Source: a virus. From it: a stretch of DNA of 64,000 nt. The notes below the pieces were generated by a model, which did no database searches, was not told the DNA's origin, and saw only the letters and a program-made list of their open reading frames with translations. The stretch spans positions 40,076-104,075 of IMG/VR virus record IMGVR_UViG_3300017917_000400. One strand, 5' to 3'. The translations under genes were made by a program, and so were the position numbers. This document shows positions 1-9,374 of this stretch, in pieces (within the stretch, counting starts at the first letter, position 1; the number at the start of each line of letters is the position of its first letter).

Positions 1-1952
1 GCAATATTAACATTCTGTGTTAGATTAGTACTTGTGCTTGCGGCTAGTAATTTTACGTCTCCTGCTAAACTTTCAATTGTATTGCCTGCAATCTTTAAAT
101 TGCCTGTAGTGATAAAATCTTTGTTAATAACTGTAACTTCTGATCCTGTGGTAACAGTCAGTCCGGTTGCACCAGTAGATGCTAATCCACTAGCATCAAA
201 ACTTACTGTACCTTGTTCAAAGTCAACATAAAAAATATCGCCCACTCGGAATGTGCCGGTGTGATCTTGACTTTGATAATAAATTTTTCCAGAGTTTAAT
301 TCAACTGTTTCGTTGGCCTGTACAACTAGGGTTTTATCGTTGCTAACATCTTTGCCTGTGCCTGTATAGGCAAAGTTATGCTGAATAAGATACATTAGCG
401 TGTTTGCGCCGTCTGCTACTGCACCGTAATTTCCGTAAACGTTTGCGGATCCGATACTGCGAATTTCAGCACCGTATGCTAGTGTACTACCGTCTTGTGT
501 TAATCTTCCAGTACCTTGTGTAGCATATAATCCTCTATTGGCAAAATATGTAAATGAGTTTAACCATTCAACTCTAACACCATTTGTCATAGTTAGAGCA
601 TCAACACCGGGTGTGATAAATGTTACACTATGGAATAACATTGAGGCTTCATTAGTTAGGTAAGTTGCTTCGCTACCGTCTACTAGTGCTCCACGACCTG
701 CATCGCCGCTGGCAAATCCCCTTGGATCGTCTACTGTGGTTGTTGTTCCCTGTGTAATAACTGTAACGTTTTGAACATACGGACTACGTGAAGTAACTGT
801 AAATCCAGGAGCAAATCTAAAAGCATAACCTTTGTCATTAATACTGTCATAATAAAAATCTTTAATAGTTAAATCTGATACTGTAGTTTCGCCATTCATA
901 TGAAACACGTCTTCACTTTGACTAGCAGTATCTGGAACAATTATAACAGAACGTAAATCGTGTCCACGAACAGCGACGCCTTGTGGTACTACCAGTGGTA
1001 GTAGTTCATAATATGTTCCTGGAAAAATTTTAACCGTGTCGCCCGGTACTGCTACACTTAATGCTTTTTCAATTGTACCAAACGGCCCGTTTTCATGATT
1101 GCCTTGATTTGTATTGTCGCCGTTGGTTGCTACAAACCAAATGTTTCCTGGACGTAGTGCATAATTAACACCGCTAGGTGTTTGCAGAGAAGACGTTGTT
1201 ATTGAAGAACCATTAACTAAATTAGTATATAAACTGTTCCACCTTTTTGTAGATGAGGAACCTAATTTATACAAATTATCTTGGTCTGGGATTATATTAC
1301 TGTTTACATCTGCGTTAAAATCAATGTTATCATCAGAGTTACTACCAAATTGTATGTTTCCGTCTAATGTAATATCATTTGTAGAATGTAAGTTTCCAGT
1401 GACATTAAAATTGCTATAAACTGTTAATTGCCCTGTTCCGTTAGGACGTATTTCTAAATTAGTATTAGACAACGTTTCTGTTAAGAATGCATCACCTAAA
1501 TCAATACTATCAACAAAAGACACAGTAGATGCTGAACCTAAATCTAATTCAGACAATGCTGTAATAAATGCATTACCACCGTCGATGTCGTCAAGTAAAC
1601 TTCCGCTGGTTGTTGATATTACATTGTTATTGATGCTTATATCGTTTGTCTGTATTTCTGAAGCAAACACACGATCAACTGCGGTAATGTTTAGCGGCCC
1701 TAATGCTGTAGTAATTCGAGAAGTATCAACAGTAATATCACCGTTGCTATAGGATAAATCAATTAGAAGATTTGTAGTTCTAATTGTACCTGCTACATCT
1801 AATGGTACAGTAGGCGACGATGTTTTAATACCTATTTGATTAGTGTTTACATCAAGGTATATTAAATCAGTTTCAAAGGCAAGATCAACCCCATCTCGTG
1901 TGAGGTTATCTTTGAGCATTATACCTGAAATTCTACCAATATCTGCGGGCAT
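1..1952 (-). CDS. Virion structural/fibre-like protein with a right-handed beta-helix (pectin-lyase-like) region; truncated by the left window edge, absent from the ORF track
   Basis: ATG at 1952 with GGAGA at 1961-1965 and ATAAATA at 1971-1977; reads MPADIGRISGIMLKDNLTRDGVDLAFETDLIYLDVNTNQIGIKT...; later GPFGTIEKALSVAVPGDTVKIFPGTYYE, typical of beta-helix N-caps. Confidence 0.75.
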   Translation of the reverse strand, partial: MPADIGRISGIMLKDNLTRDGVDLAFETDLIYLDVNTNQIGIKTSSPTVPLDVAGTIRTTNLLIDLSYSNGDITVDTSRITTALGPLNITAVDRVFASEIQTNDISINNNVISTTSGSLLDDIDGGNAFITALSELDLGSASTVSFVDSIDLGDAFLTETLSNTNLEIRPNGTGQLTVYSNFNVTGNLHSTNDITLDGNIQFGSNSDDNIDFNADVNSNIIPDQDNLYKLGSSSTKRWNSLYTNLVNGSSITTSSLQTPSGVNYALRPGNIWFVATNGDNTNQGNHENGPFGTIEKALSVAVPGDTVKIFPGTYYELLPLVVPQGVAVRGHDLRSVIIVPDTASQSEDVFHMNGETTVSDLTIKDFYYDSINDKGYAFRFAPGFTVTSRSPYVQNVTVITQGTTTTVDDPRGFASGDAGRGALVDGSEATYLTNEASMLFHSVTFITPGVDALTMTNGVRVEWLNSFTYFANRGLYATQGTGRLTQDGSTLAYGAEIRSIGSANVYGNYGAVADGANTLMYLIQHNFAYTGTGKDVSNDKTLVVQANETVELNSGKIYYQSQDHTGTFRVGDIFYVDFEQGTVSFDASGLASTGATGLTVTTGSEVTVINKDFITTGNLKIAGNTIESLAGDVKLLAASTSTNLTQNVNI

Positions 1953-1970
1953 GTGATTAGTCTCCAATAA

Positions 1971-1977
1971 TATTTAT
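1971..1977 (-). promoter_or_regulatory. T4-type late promoter (ATAAATA)
   Basis: Matches gp55-type TATAAATA core, just upstream of the SD/ATG of the 1..1952 gene. Confidence 0.6.
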
Positions 1978-2007
1978 TGGATCCTGGAAGATTAAAAGTA
2001 TGGGTGT

Positions 2008-2751
2008 TTAACGGTCAAAACCGTGGATTACAGTAACAGGCTTACCGTAGGGAACTGCGCTGGTAAATTCAACAAAGCGACCATCTCTAGTTACTGTAAT
2101 AGAAACAGTTCCTGTGCCAACGGCATTATCAGTAACAGTTAAACTTACACCCGGTATAACACCTGTAACTGTTCCCGATACGCCAGTACCAGACACTGTA
2201 GCGCCTATCATACTGTCAGTTGCTTCACTAGTAATTAGTGTAGGATTTCCGTTTGTCTTTGCCACGGATATAGTACTAACAGGATTATCTGCCAGTGTAT
2301 AGTTTGTTGTTGATATTTGAAAAACGTTTTCAATAAGCACAACAATATTTTGAGGATTTAATAGTTCTGGATATGGGTAATCTGTGTTGCCAGAGTCTAA
2401 AGGACCAAAGTAGATTTCGGCAGCATCTCCGTTACCTAAATTTTGCTGTTTAATCAATACTGGTTCTTTATATCTAATTCTTCTCCATGCTTCTGCTACA
2501 GGCAATCCGGTAGCAGGATCTAAGCCACCACCTTGACGCACTTCAAATTCTTGATCGTCTGTGTTGTATCGCATGTGTCCAACTTTTGGACTAGTAATAG
2601 TTCCCACTTCGCCTGGACGATTTACTGTAGGGCCATTAGGTATTAATACTGCATTTAAAGTATCCAACAAAACTTCATCTGTAATTTCAACAGCAATTCG
2701 ATTGTCTTTGACATTACGATAATTTAATTGATTACGTTTTAAAAATTTCAT
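2008..2751 (-). CDS. Virion structural protein (247 aa; start revised to MKFLKRNQLN)
   Basis: TAATG overlap with the upstream gene stop at 2751; G.MRYNTD..EFE motif and Thr/Gly-rich beta segments common in T4-like virion proteins. Confidence 0.6.
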   Translation of the reverse strand: MKFLKRNQLNYRNVKDNRIAVEITDEVLLDTLNAVLIPNGPTVNRPGEVGTITSPKVGHMRYNTDDQEFEVRQGGGLDPATGLPVAEAWRRIRYKEPVLIKQQNLGNGDAAEIYFGPLDSGNTDYPYPELLNPQNIVVLIENVFQISTTNYTLADNPVSTISVAKTNGNPTLITSEATDSMIGATVSGTGVSGTVTGVIPGVSLTVTDNAVGTGTVSITVTRDGRFVEFTSAVPYGKPVTVIHGFDR

Positions 2752-3089
2752 TAACTTACTCTCATCGCTGTTACAGATACGCTTAATCTTGTATTTGCAC
2801 TGGCTTCTGCCCAAACTCTTTCACCTGTGGCTAACACTAATTTTTCTGTATCAAATGTAAATGTTTCACCTGCAGGTATAGTTAGTTCGTGTATAATTTT
2901 AGTTGTGTTAGATATTGTTGCTGGAAGAGGTGCTAACAGATATAAATCCAATGTTACATCATTAGTTGGATCATAGTTACAGAACATCATACAAGTAACA
3001 GCGTATTCTCTGTCGTCTGATCCAATAGTGCCGGGAGCAGTATAAATCGCTAGTCCCGCAGTTGTTACTAAGTTACTTGTGATTGCCAT
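2751..3089 (-). CDS. Small virion structural protein (112 aa)
   Basis: Beta-rich; IPAGETFTFDTEKLVLATGE motif; lies in structural operon with SD. Confidence 0.55.
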   Translation of the reverse strand: MAITSNLVTTAGLAIYTAPGTIGSDDREYAVTCMMFCNYDPTNDVTLDLYLLAPLPATISNTTKIIHELTIPAGETFTFDTEKLVLATGERVWAEASANTRLSVSVTAMRVS

Positions 3090-3098
3090 TTTTTATCC

Positions 3099-4115
3099 TT
3101 AAAATATCATGCTATAAGCAAGAGCTTTACGTCTACTTATAAGCTCGTCTTTGGTGTTTTCTGTATTTACAAAATACAATCCGGTGCCACCTTGTGCTTC
3201 GGCTTTAGCATACATTTTAACACCGTTTGCTACACTTGCCGGATCTGTGGCTTGTACGTATAATTTAAAATGATCGTCTACTCCCACGCATCCGGTACCA
3301 TCACTGCGTAATACTAAATCTTCATTACTTAATCTACTTTCAATTGTAGCATTATAAAATTTTAAATCTTGTACTTCAAAACGATCTGTAAAGAAAGCCG
3401 CATTGACAACATTGTCTAATGTTAATGTAAGATTACTCGGACCACCGTCTGCTTCAAAATCACTAATTTCTAAATAAGAATCATATAACACAGTAGTACC
3501 GCCAATAATAGCACTGTCCTGAATCTTATATGGAGGATTTAACGTAAAATAATTTCCAACATAGTCAATAACTGCTTTAATGTTAGGTATAATGTCTGGA
3601 TCAATTGCTGGCAGTCCTGGAGCAGTATAATCTAGAACTTGTTCTTCGTAGTTAACTGTACCAGTTACATTAACTACTGCTGTGCCGACACCGATTAAAT
3701 TTAAATCATATCCGTTGGTTGTAATAGAGTTAGTCTGCAACCCCATAAGTTCATCGTTTTCATTTCTTAAAACAAATAAACCACTGCGTGTTTCGCCGAT
3801 CTGAGTGTCATTCCAACTTCTGGCTTCATCAAATAATAAAAATGCATCCGGTCTTGACCCTCTACTGATCTGTATACCAGAACTGCCTGCTCCGCCGGGA
3901 GCAATACCGGCACCAACTTCTCCTCTGTTTAATAAAATAATTTTATCTTCTATTTCAACGTTGGCTGTTTGTATGCTGGTGGTATTACCTAAGACTGTTA
4001 GGTCTCCTGTTATAAGAACCGTACCAATTTGATCTCCGGTGTTTAGAGTAATCGTTCCGCCAGAGTTAACTGATAATTTATAGGCTGTATCCTGTACTTT
4101 TACTATTCTTGCCAT
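3099..4115 (-). CDS. Virion structural/fibre-like protein (338 aa)
   Basis: ITGDLTVLGNTTSIQTANVEIEDKIILLN, a motif also seen in the 45330 fibre (IAGDLYVGGETVTLQTTTLEVEDKNIVL). Confidence 0.6.
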   Translation of the reverse strand: MARIVKVQDTAYKLSVNSGGTITLNTGDQIGTVLITGDLTVLGNTTSIQTANVEIEDKIILLNRGEVGAGIAPGGAGSSGIQISRGSRPDAFLLFDEARSWNDTQIGETRSGLFVLRNENDELMGLQTNSITTNGYDLNLIGVGTAVVNVTGTVNYEEQVLDYTAPGLPAIDPDIIPNIKAVIDYVGNYFTLNPPYKIQDSAIIGGTTVLYDSYLEISDFEADGGPSNLTLTLDNVVNAAFFTDRFEVQDLKFYNATIESRLSNEDLVLRSDGTGCVGVDDHFKLYVQATDPASVANGVKMYAKAEAQGGTGLYFVNTENTKDELISRRKALAYSMIF

Positions 4116-4127
4116 TTATAATCCTTA

Positions 4128-4149
4128 ATAAGGGACCTAAGTCCCTTAT
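4128..4149 (-). terminator. Stem-loop after the 140-aa gene (terminator or processing hairpin)
   Basis: ATAAGGGAC-TTAG-GTCCCTTAT, 9-bp perfect stem; weak U tract. Confidence 0.55.
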
Positions 4150-4150
4150 A

Positions 4151-4573
4151 TTATACTGCAATTAAAACTAATACGTCTGCTGACGAATCGTTATCTAAGT
4201 ACCACTTGTACTTGTTACCGCTGAAGTCATATGCAAGACGCTTAGTTAGTTTAGCAATAGCAATATCTCCAGGTGTTTGACCTGTTGTAGAACCAAGGAT
4301 GCGAATTTCTCCGTTGGCTGCTGGCTCGCCGGAAACTAGTTTACCTGTTTTTAAATTAGTACCAGTAATAGAACTAATGCTTTCTGCTTCTGTAAATGCA
4401 TCTGTAGAAGTCTTTAGAACAACGTATGTGCTTTTACCACGTTGCTTAACAATTTGATAGTCACTGGCTAGTGAGCCGCCAAAGTAACCTTGAACTACGA
4501 TGCCTGCTTGTGATGTTGTAAATGAACGGGTAACTTTAGTACCGTATACATCTTTCTTTAATGGACGTCCCAT
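4151..4573 (-). CDS. Probable capsid-associated/decoration protein (140 aa)
   Basis: Directly downstream of gp23 with its own late promoter and AAGGAG SD; function inferred from position. Confidence 0.5.
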   Translation of the reverse strand: MGRPLKKDVYGTKVTRSFTTSQAGIVVQGYFGGSLASDYQIVKQRGKSTYVVLKTSTDAFTEAESISSITGTNLKTGKLVSGEPAANGEIRILGSTTGQTPGDIAIAKLTKRLAYDFSGNKYKWYLDNDSSADVLVLIAV

Positions 4574-4664
4574 TTGTTTTCTCCTTATGTTGACGTTTTA
4601 GGTCTACGCAGAGGGATTCTGCATAAGTTCGCTACTGCGAATATAATTTAGACATTGTATTTAG
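4574..4664 (-). promoter_or_regulatory. Late promoter (CTAAATA, 4664-4658) plus structured 5' leader with alternative SD-sequestering pairing
   Basis: Hairpins UUCGC-AGUA-GCGAA and UAUGCAGA-AUCCC-UCUGCGUA; CUUAUG (4627-4622) complementary to CAUAAG (4589-4584), which overlaps the SD. Confidence 0.55.
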
Positions 4665-4668
4665 CCGC

Positions 4669-4698
4669 AAAAGAAAAAGGACTCCGAAGAGTCCTTTT
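4669..4698 (-). terminator. Rho-independent terminator after gp23
   Basis: AAAAGGACTC-TTCG-GAGTCCTTTT-TCTTTT: cUUCGg tetraloop and U tract. Confidence 0.9.
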
Positions 4699-4724
4699 CT
4701 TAGTTCTAATTTAAGTAATGTTGA

Positions 4725-5891
4725 TTACTGGAATGTAGCATTAGAAATGCTTACAGTTCCTAGGTAGTCAGCGGCATTACCTAAAGAGCTTGCTGTGTTG
4801 CTTAGTTCAACATAACCATAACGTGTCATGAATGATACGACTGGTTCAAATGTTGCTGGATCTAACACAACGCCAGAGCTCATTAGAGGAATGTATGGGC
4901 AATAGAATGCTGCCGCATCACTCTCGCTTGAACCTTTGTAGCCAACTAAAACGTCTGCATTGTCGGCTGCGTATGTGTTTACATACACCTTCATTGCATT
5001 GTTTAGTGTACCAACAAACTTAGTATTTGTTGGGGCTTCAAATGTACCTTCTGTTGTACGAGCAAATGCAGAAGTAGTTGCGCTTTGTAGAATTGTCAAA
5101 GCGTATGGGCTAACAACTGCCCAGTTACCTGCACCACGACGTGTACGCTGAGCGATAACGTTTGCGGCACGGTTGATTAGAACTGCCAATGCGGCATGCT
5201 CGTCACCAACGAATGTTGCTGTACCAGATACTGTTGCCTGGTCAAATGCTTGGTTGTTACCGTTAGAACCTGCAAGAGTTGCTAGGGAACCTAGAACTTC
5301 TTGGTCGATTTCAGCAGTAATTTCTTGAGCCAAAGCAGCCATGATTTCTGCTTCGATGTCAATACCTTGTTGGGCTTGTGCATCTTGTGCAGCCTCGAAT
5401 GTCCAACGTGCAGACAATTTACGAGTTTTGGCTTCAACTGTTTGTTTCAAGATTTGAATGCTCATCTTCTTACCAGCAACACCTTCTAGTGCGGCTGTAG
5501 CGGCAGCGCGAGCTGTGCTAGATGATGAGTTAGCAGAATAACCCTGAGCGATTGCAAATGGGCTTAATGCTTCTGTACCAGCGGCAAATTCACCAGCCTC
5601 TGCGTAACGAACACGTAGAGTATGGATTTGACCAACTGGACCAGTCATTGGTTGTACACCAACCAACTCGTTAGCAATAACGGTTGGCATAACACGACGG
5701 ATCACTGGGAGGATCACGCGGTTAAGGGTTGCGACGTTACCGGCAGAAGTAGCACCTGCGCTTGCACTTTCAGAAAGATACTTACGAGTATTCTCTAAAG
5801 TAACTCCCATGTTTGTGCGCTTGGTACCTTGAAGGCCTTCTAATAGTGCCTCTTTAGTTTCTTGCCAGCGGCTTTCTAGTAGTTCTGACAT
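4725..5891 (-). CDS. gp23: Major capsid protein (T4 gp23 family)
   Basis: LVGVQPMTGPVGQIHTLR, VEAKTRKLSARWTFEAAQD, FYCPYIPL, FEPVVSFMTRYG motifs. Confidence 0.97.
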   Translation of the reverse strand: MSELLESRWQETKEALLEGLQGTKRTNMGVTLENTRKYLSESASAGATSAGNVATLNRVILPVIRRVMPTVIANELVGVQPMTGPVGQIHTLRVRYAEAGEFAAGTEALSPFAIAQGYSANSSSSTARAAATAALEGVAGKKMSIQILKQTVEAKTRKLSARWTFEAAQDAQAQQGIDIEAEIMAALAQEITAEIDQEVLGSLATLAGSNGNNQAFDQATVSGTATFVGDEHAALAVLINRAANVIAQRTRRGAGNWAVVSPYALTILQSATTSAFARTTEGTFEAPTNTKFVGTLNNAMKVYVNTYAADNADVLVGYKGSSESDAAAFYCPYIPLMSSGVVLDPATFEPVVSFMTRYGYVELSNTASSLGNAADYLGTVSISNATFQ

Positions 5892-5902
5892 TTAAATTCT
5901 CC

Positions 5903-6994
5903 TTATTTTATTCCAGCAAGGCGACGAATATCAATGACTTCCGCCTGGCTTGTAGCACTACTAATGCTATGAGTTTCTTTATTGCCTGTTATTTCTTTTG
6001 CCTCGACAAGTGCCTTCTTCTTCTCCGGTGTGCTGCCACTCAAAACTGCTGGTAGGTACTTGTCAAAACTAGTACGTAGTTTTGCAGTTTGCACACTTTC
6101 TAGTAACTCGCTCATAATTTCTTTTTGGTCCTTAGATAAAGGATTTAGAAGTTCACTCATTACTTCTTTACGCTCAGCAGTTTCTTGTGCGCGAGCAACT
6201 TCTTGCTCTTTGCTTTCAACTAACTGTTGCTTCTCAGAAATAATGCTCTGTGCTTCTGCGAGTTTTTGATCTTTTTCTGCAATTACCTTTAGAAGTTTAC
6301 TAGTCTCACTCTTTTCATTGTGTAGACTATTTTGGTATTCTGTGGTAAATGCTTCAAAAATCTTGCGACCAAAGTCGTTTTGACGAGCTTGGTCAATATC
6401 TTCTTTAAGTTGATTAATTTCTGTTTCAAGACTTTGTTTAACAGTAGATTCAACAAGTTCTGCTGAAGTCTTGATAAATTTGCTCTTAAGTTGAGCAAAT
6501 TGTTCTTTTGCTTCTTTGATAAGACGAACTTTGGTTTCTGCCAAATCTTTCTTATCTTCGTAAAAGTCTGCAATTTCCTTCGCCAATGCTTCAACGATAA
6601 ACTGCTCTAACTTAGCGAAATTCTCAGCCATGACTTTCTGATCTTCGTGAAGTTCAGAAATTTCGTTAGCCAATGAATGTAATACGAACTCGTTTAGTTT
6701 GCTTGAGTGTTCGCGAATAGCCACAGCATAGCGAGCTTTTGCTTCTGCTAACTGTGTACGATCTTCTGCAAATTCTTGGATTTCGATTGACAAACGATCT
6801 TCGATCATTGCATCAATTGCTTCGATCATTGTTTGTTTGTCGTGTTCGTATTTTTGTGCGAATTCTTCGCGTAGTTGTTGAGTAGCCTGTTCGCGGTTTT
6901 CAGCGATTTTGGCATTCCAAGCAGATTCGATGTCTGCTTTGATTTCCTCGGAAATCACATTGTTCTCGAATAATGATTTAAGTGCATCCAACAT
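5903..6994 (-). CDS. gp22: Prohead core scaffold protein (gp22-like)
   Basis: Long acidic coiled-coil protein between protease and capsid genes. Confidence 0.85.
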   Translation of the reverse strand: MLDALKSLFENNVISEEIKADIESAWNAKIAENREQATQQLREEFAQKYEHDKQTMIEAIDAMIEDRLSIEIQEFAEDRTQLAEAKARYAVAIREHSSKLNEFVLHSLANEISELHEDQKVMAENFAKLEQFIVEALAKEIADFYEDKKDLAETKVRLIKEAKEQFAQLKSKFIKTSAELVESTVKQSLETEINQLKEDIDQARQNDFGRKIFEAFTTEYQNSLHNEKSETSKLLKVIAEKDQKLAEAQSIISEKQQLVESKEQEVARAQETAERKEVMSELLNPLSKDQKEIMSELLESVQTAKLRTSFDKYLPAVLSGSTPEKKKALVEAKEITGNKETHSISSATSQAEVIDIRRLAGIK

Positions 6995-7006
6995 TGTGAT
7001 TCTCCC

Positions 7007-7642
7007 TTATGATTGGAGTCCACCTATTATTTTTAATAGGCTTTCTTTTAAGTATTGCTGTGCCTTTTTATCGCCTTGTACTTCTTGAGCTATTCTAAAT
7101 GCCTGGTTACCGCCCCTGGTATTCATGAGATGCTCATAAATTGGTGTTGGATATGCACCTGGGGCTGATGGTTGAGCTACTACATCAACTGTAATAATCT
7201 CGAAATCGCTCACTTCACCGGAACCGTCTTCTTTGACGTTTCCGGATCCGCGACTACTAACTCCTAACTTAACACCCGATTCCAACATAGTTTTCACTAA
7301 TTGTCCCATTGGGGTTGGAAGAATTTTAAGTTTTCCATAACCGTTTGGACCATCCATCCACATTTCTGTGATCATATGGCTTACACGATCTAGATTAATT
7401 TTTAGGTCATCTGGATGATCTACTTCGCCGAGAATTGAATATCCGCCTTCTTTCTGGTCGTTTAGTGTTTTGACAGCCCTTGCGATTTCGCTCACAGGAT
7501 ACACACGCTGATTTGCGTTACGGATACCACCTTGGATAAAAATACCTTTCATGTAAAGATTTTTACCGTCAGTGCCTTCCGACTCCACAACCATCCGGGC
7601 TTGATCGAATGTTAAATTCTCTCTTAAGTAAAGATTACTCAT
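7007..7642 (-). CDS. gp21: Prohead protease (gp21 family)
   Basis: GIFIQGGIRNANQRVYP, GEVDHP, LGVSSRGSG, DVVAQPSAPGAY. Confidence 0.96.
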   Translation of the reverse strand: MSNLYLRENLTFDQARMVVESEGTDGKNLYMKGIFIQGGIRNANQRVYPVSEIARAVKTLNDQKEGGYSILGEVDHPDDLKINLDRVSHMITEMWMDGPNGYGKLKILPTPMGQLVKTMLESGVKLGVSSRGSGNVKEDGSGEVSDFEIITVDVVAQPSAPGAYPTPIYEHLMNTRGGNQAFRIAQEVQGDKKAQQYLKESLLKIIGGLQS

Positions 7643-7664
7643 CTAGTTAGACCCTATATTAATC

Positions 7665-8435
7665 TTACTTGCTACCAATAATGCTTTTAGTAGCGGCACC
7701 GCTTTCGGCGGAACCTTTCTTCTCTGCGCCATGACCTTTCGCTACGCTACTTAGTTTTGTCGCATTTTTTGAACCTGGTGTATTAACATTACCAGAATTC
7801 AAATCCTTTGTTGCTGGGTTTAATAAACCGCCTTTAGTACCTTCGCCTTTGCTTTCTCCGCCTTTAGCGATGTTAGCAGTTGTACCACCCATATCGTTCT
7901 TACCGGCTACAACAGATTTTTTGTTGTCACCGTCGTCACCCATTTTTGGTGAACCAACTTTTTCTACATATTCTACAACGAAGTCTTCTTTAGTTTCTTC
8001 TTCGCCTTCTTCACCTGCTGGCTCTTCTGGACCTTCTTCGGCACCACCTGCTGGGATTTCTTCACCCTTGTCACCGCCCATCATTTGTTCAAATTCTGCG
8101 GTTAATGCATCAATGATGTCTTGTTTCATTAGGTCTAGGTCGCCTACAGTTGCTGGCTCTTCATCGCCACCTTCCATGTCGCCCATATCGTCCATACCGC
8201 CTTCATCGTCGTCGGCTTCAATATCACCTAGTAGGTCGTCTGCTGGCTCGTCTGCGGCTTCTAAACCTAGATCTTCTTCTGTTGGTTGATCAAATGTTAG
8301 ATCATCGTCTAACAAATTTTCATAAATTTCGCGAGATTTTGCTACCACTAATTCGTGGAACAATTCTTCGGCTTTTTGTTTGTCTTCATTAATTAGATAT
8401 TCAAGCATCTGCTCGAACTTTGCGCGATCAGTCAT
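7665..8435 (-). CDS. Acidic prohead core/internal protein (positional gp67/gp68 analogue)
   Basis: Very D/E-rich low-complexity middle; located between portal and protease; own late promoter. Confidence 0.55.
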   Translation of the reverse strand: MTDRAKFEQMLEYLINEDKQKAEELFHELVVAKSREIYENLLDDDLTFDQPTEEDLGLEAADEPADDLLGDIEADDDEGGMDDMGDMEGGDEEPATVGDLDLMKQDIIDALTAEFEQMMGGDKGEEIPAGGAEEGPEEPAGEEGEEETKEDFVVEYVEKVGSPKMGDDGDNKKSVVAGKNDMGGTTANIAKGGESKGEGTKGGLLNPATKDLNSGNVNTPGSKNATKLSSVAKGHGAEKKGSAESGAATKSIIGSK

Positions 8436-8485
8436 GTTATTCTCCTATAAGTTGTGGGGCAATTCTGCCCGCAAGGCTGTCGATG

Positions 8486-8492
8486 TATTTAA
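8486..8492 (-). promoter_or_regulatory. Late promoter (TTAAATA) for the core-protease-scaffold-capsid operon
   Basis: nTAAATA just downstream of a terminator; leader carries GGGCA-GAAT-TGCCC hairpin and AGGAG SD. Confidence 0.6.
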
Positions 8493-8501
8493 TATGCACA
8501 T

Positions 8502-8525
8502 AAAAAAAACCGGTATAAACCGGTT
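8502..8525 (-). terminator. Rho-independent terminator
   Basis: AACCGGT-TTAT-ACCGGTT followed by a U run. Confidence 0.75.
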
Positions 8526-8539
8526 CAAAATACGAAATT

Positions 8540-9115
8540 TTAATAAAATATTACAGATTTAAACTCATCATAAGTGAGTGTACTGTAGTTTTCATATTTC
8601 TTCCAACCAAACTCAATACTACCTGGTTCAGTTACTCTAATGTATTTAGTATTAGGAAATTCTTTTATAACACTTTCGGTCTGTCTTTGCCAGTTTCCGT
8701 GAAAGGTTGCAGGTTCTACACTGCGTCTATAATTGTGTGTATCAGCATAGACATTGTTTAATTTGTTATTAATTCCAACATAATCAAAACCTAAAATATA
8801 GATAGTTTCATAACCGTGTGTGCTGGCTAACCATAGTGCTGTTGGGCCACTACTCCAACCTTTACTTGGTTCAAAAAAGTTTAATCCGTGGATATTTTTT
8901 ATTTTTGTATTGAGATTAGTGTACACAGGAATACGTCTGTGTACTGCATTATCTGTTAATTCTAGAACCATTTTTGGATCTACAGCCACAAGATAATCCG
9001 GGTCGCAGTCCCTATATAGTGCGTTACAACCGTATAATTTTCCTAGAGATTTTAATCTATTAGGCTCAACGGCCATACGGCTACGTCCGTTGCCTAATAC
9101 AAAGGCGTGATTCAT
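8540..9115 (-). CDS. Maf/DUF115-CstII-like nucleotide-sugar transferase-fold protein
   Basis: AFVLGNGRS, YGCNALYR, DYLVAVD, SSGPTALWLA, IYILGFD motif series. Confidence 0.6.
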   Translation of the reverse strand: MNHAFVLGNGRSRMAVEPNRLKSLGKLYGCNALYRDCDPDYLVAVDPKMVLELTDNAVHRRIPVYTNLNTKIKNIHGLNFFEPSKGWSSGPTALWLASTHGYETIYILGFDYVGINNKLNNVYADTHNYRRSVEPATFHGNWQRQTESVIKEFPNTKYIRVTEPGSIEFGWKKYENYSTLTYDEFKSVIFY

Positions 9116-9126
9116 GTATTAATTTA

Positions 9127-9366
9127 TCAAGCGGCTGGGGGAGGGGCCGCGTACATTCGAGCAATAAATTCTAGCTCTGCTTGAGTTTCTTTGATGTGTT
9201 GATCTGATGCTCTACGCAATTCGTTAATTTGACCTAAGGTCAAACGAGTTTTGCGTGTATCGTCTAAACCGTCAAGACGATCTGTATCACGATCTGCAAT
9301 ATAGTTGTCATCCTGCTCTAATTCAGCAGTGTCACGATTAAAATAAAATAATTCACGTAGGATCAT
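9127..9366 (-). CDS. Conserved-looking small head-module protein (79 aa)
   Basis: Clean ORF after portal; own late promoter 5 nt upstream of ATG. Confidence 0.6.
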   Translation of the reverse strand: MILRELFYFNRDTAELEQDDNYIADRDTDRLDGLDDTRKTRLTLGQINELRRASDQHIKETQAELEFIARMYAAPPPAA

Positions 9367-9374
9367 GATATTAT

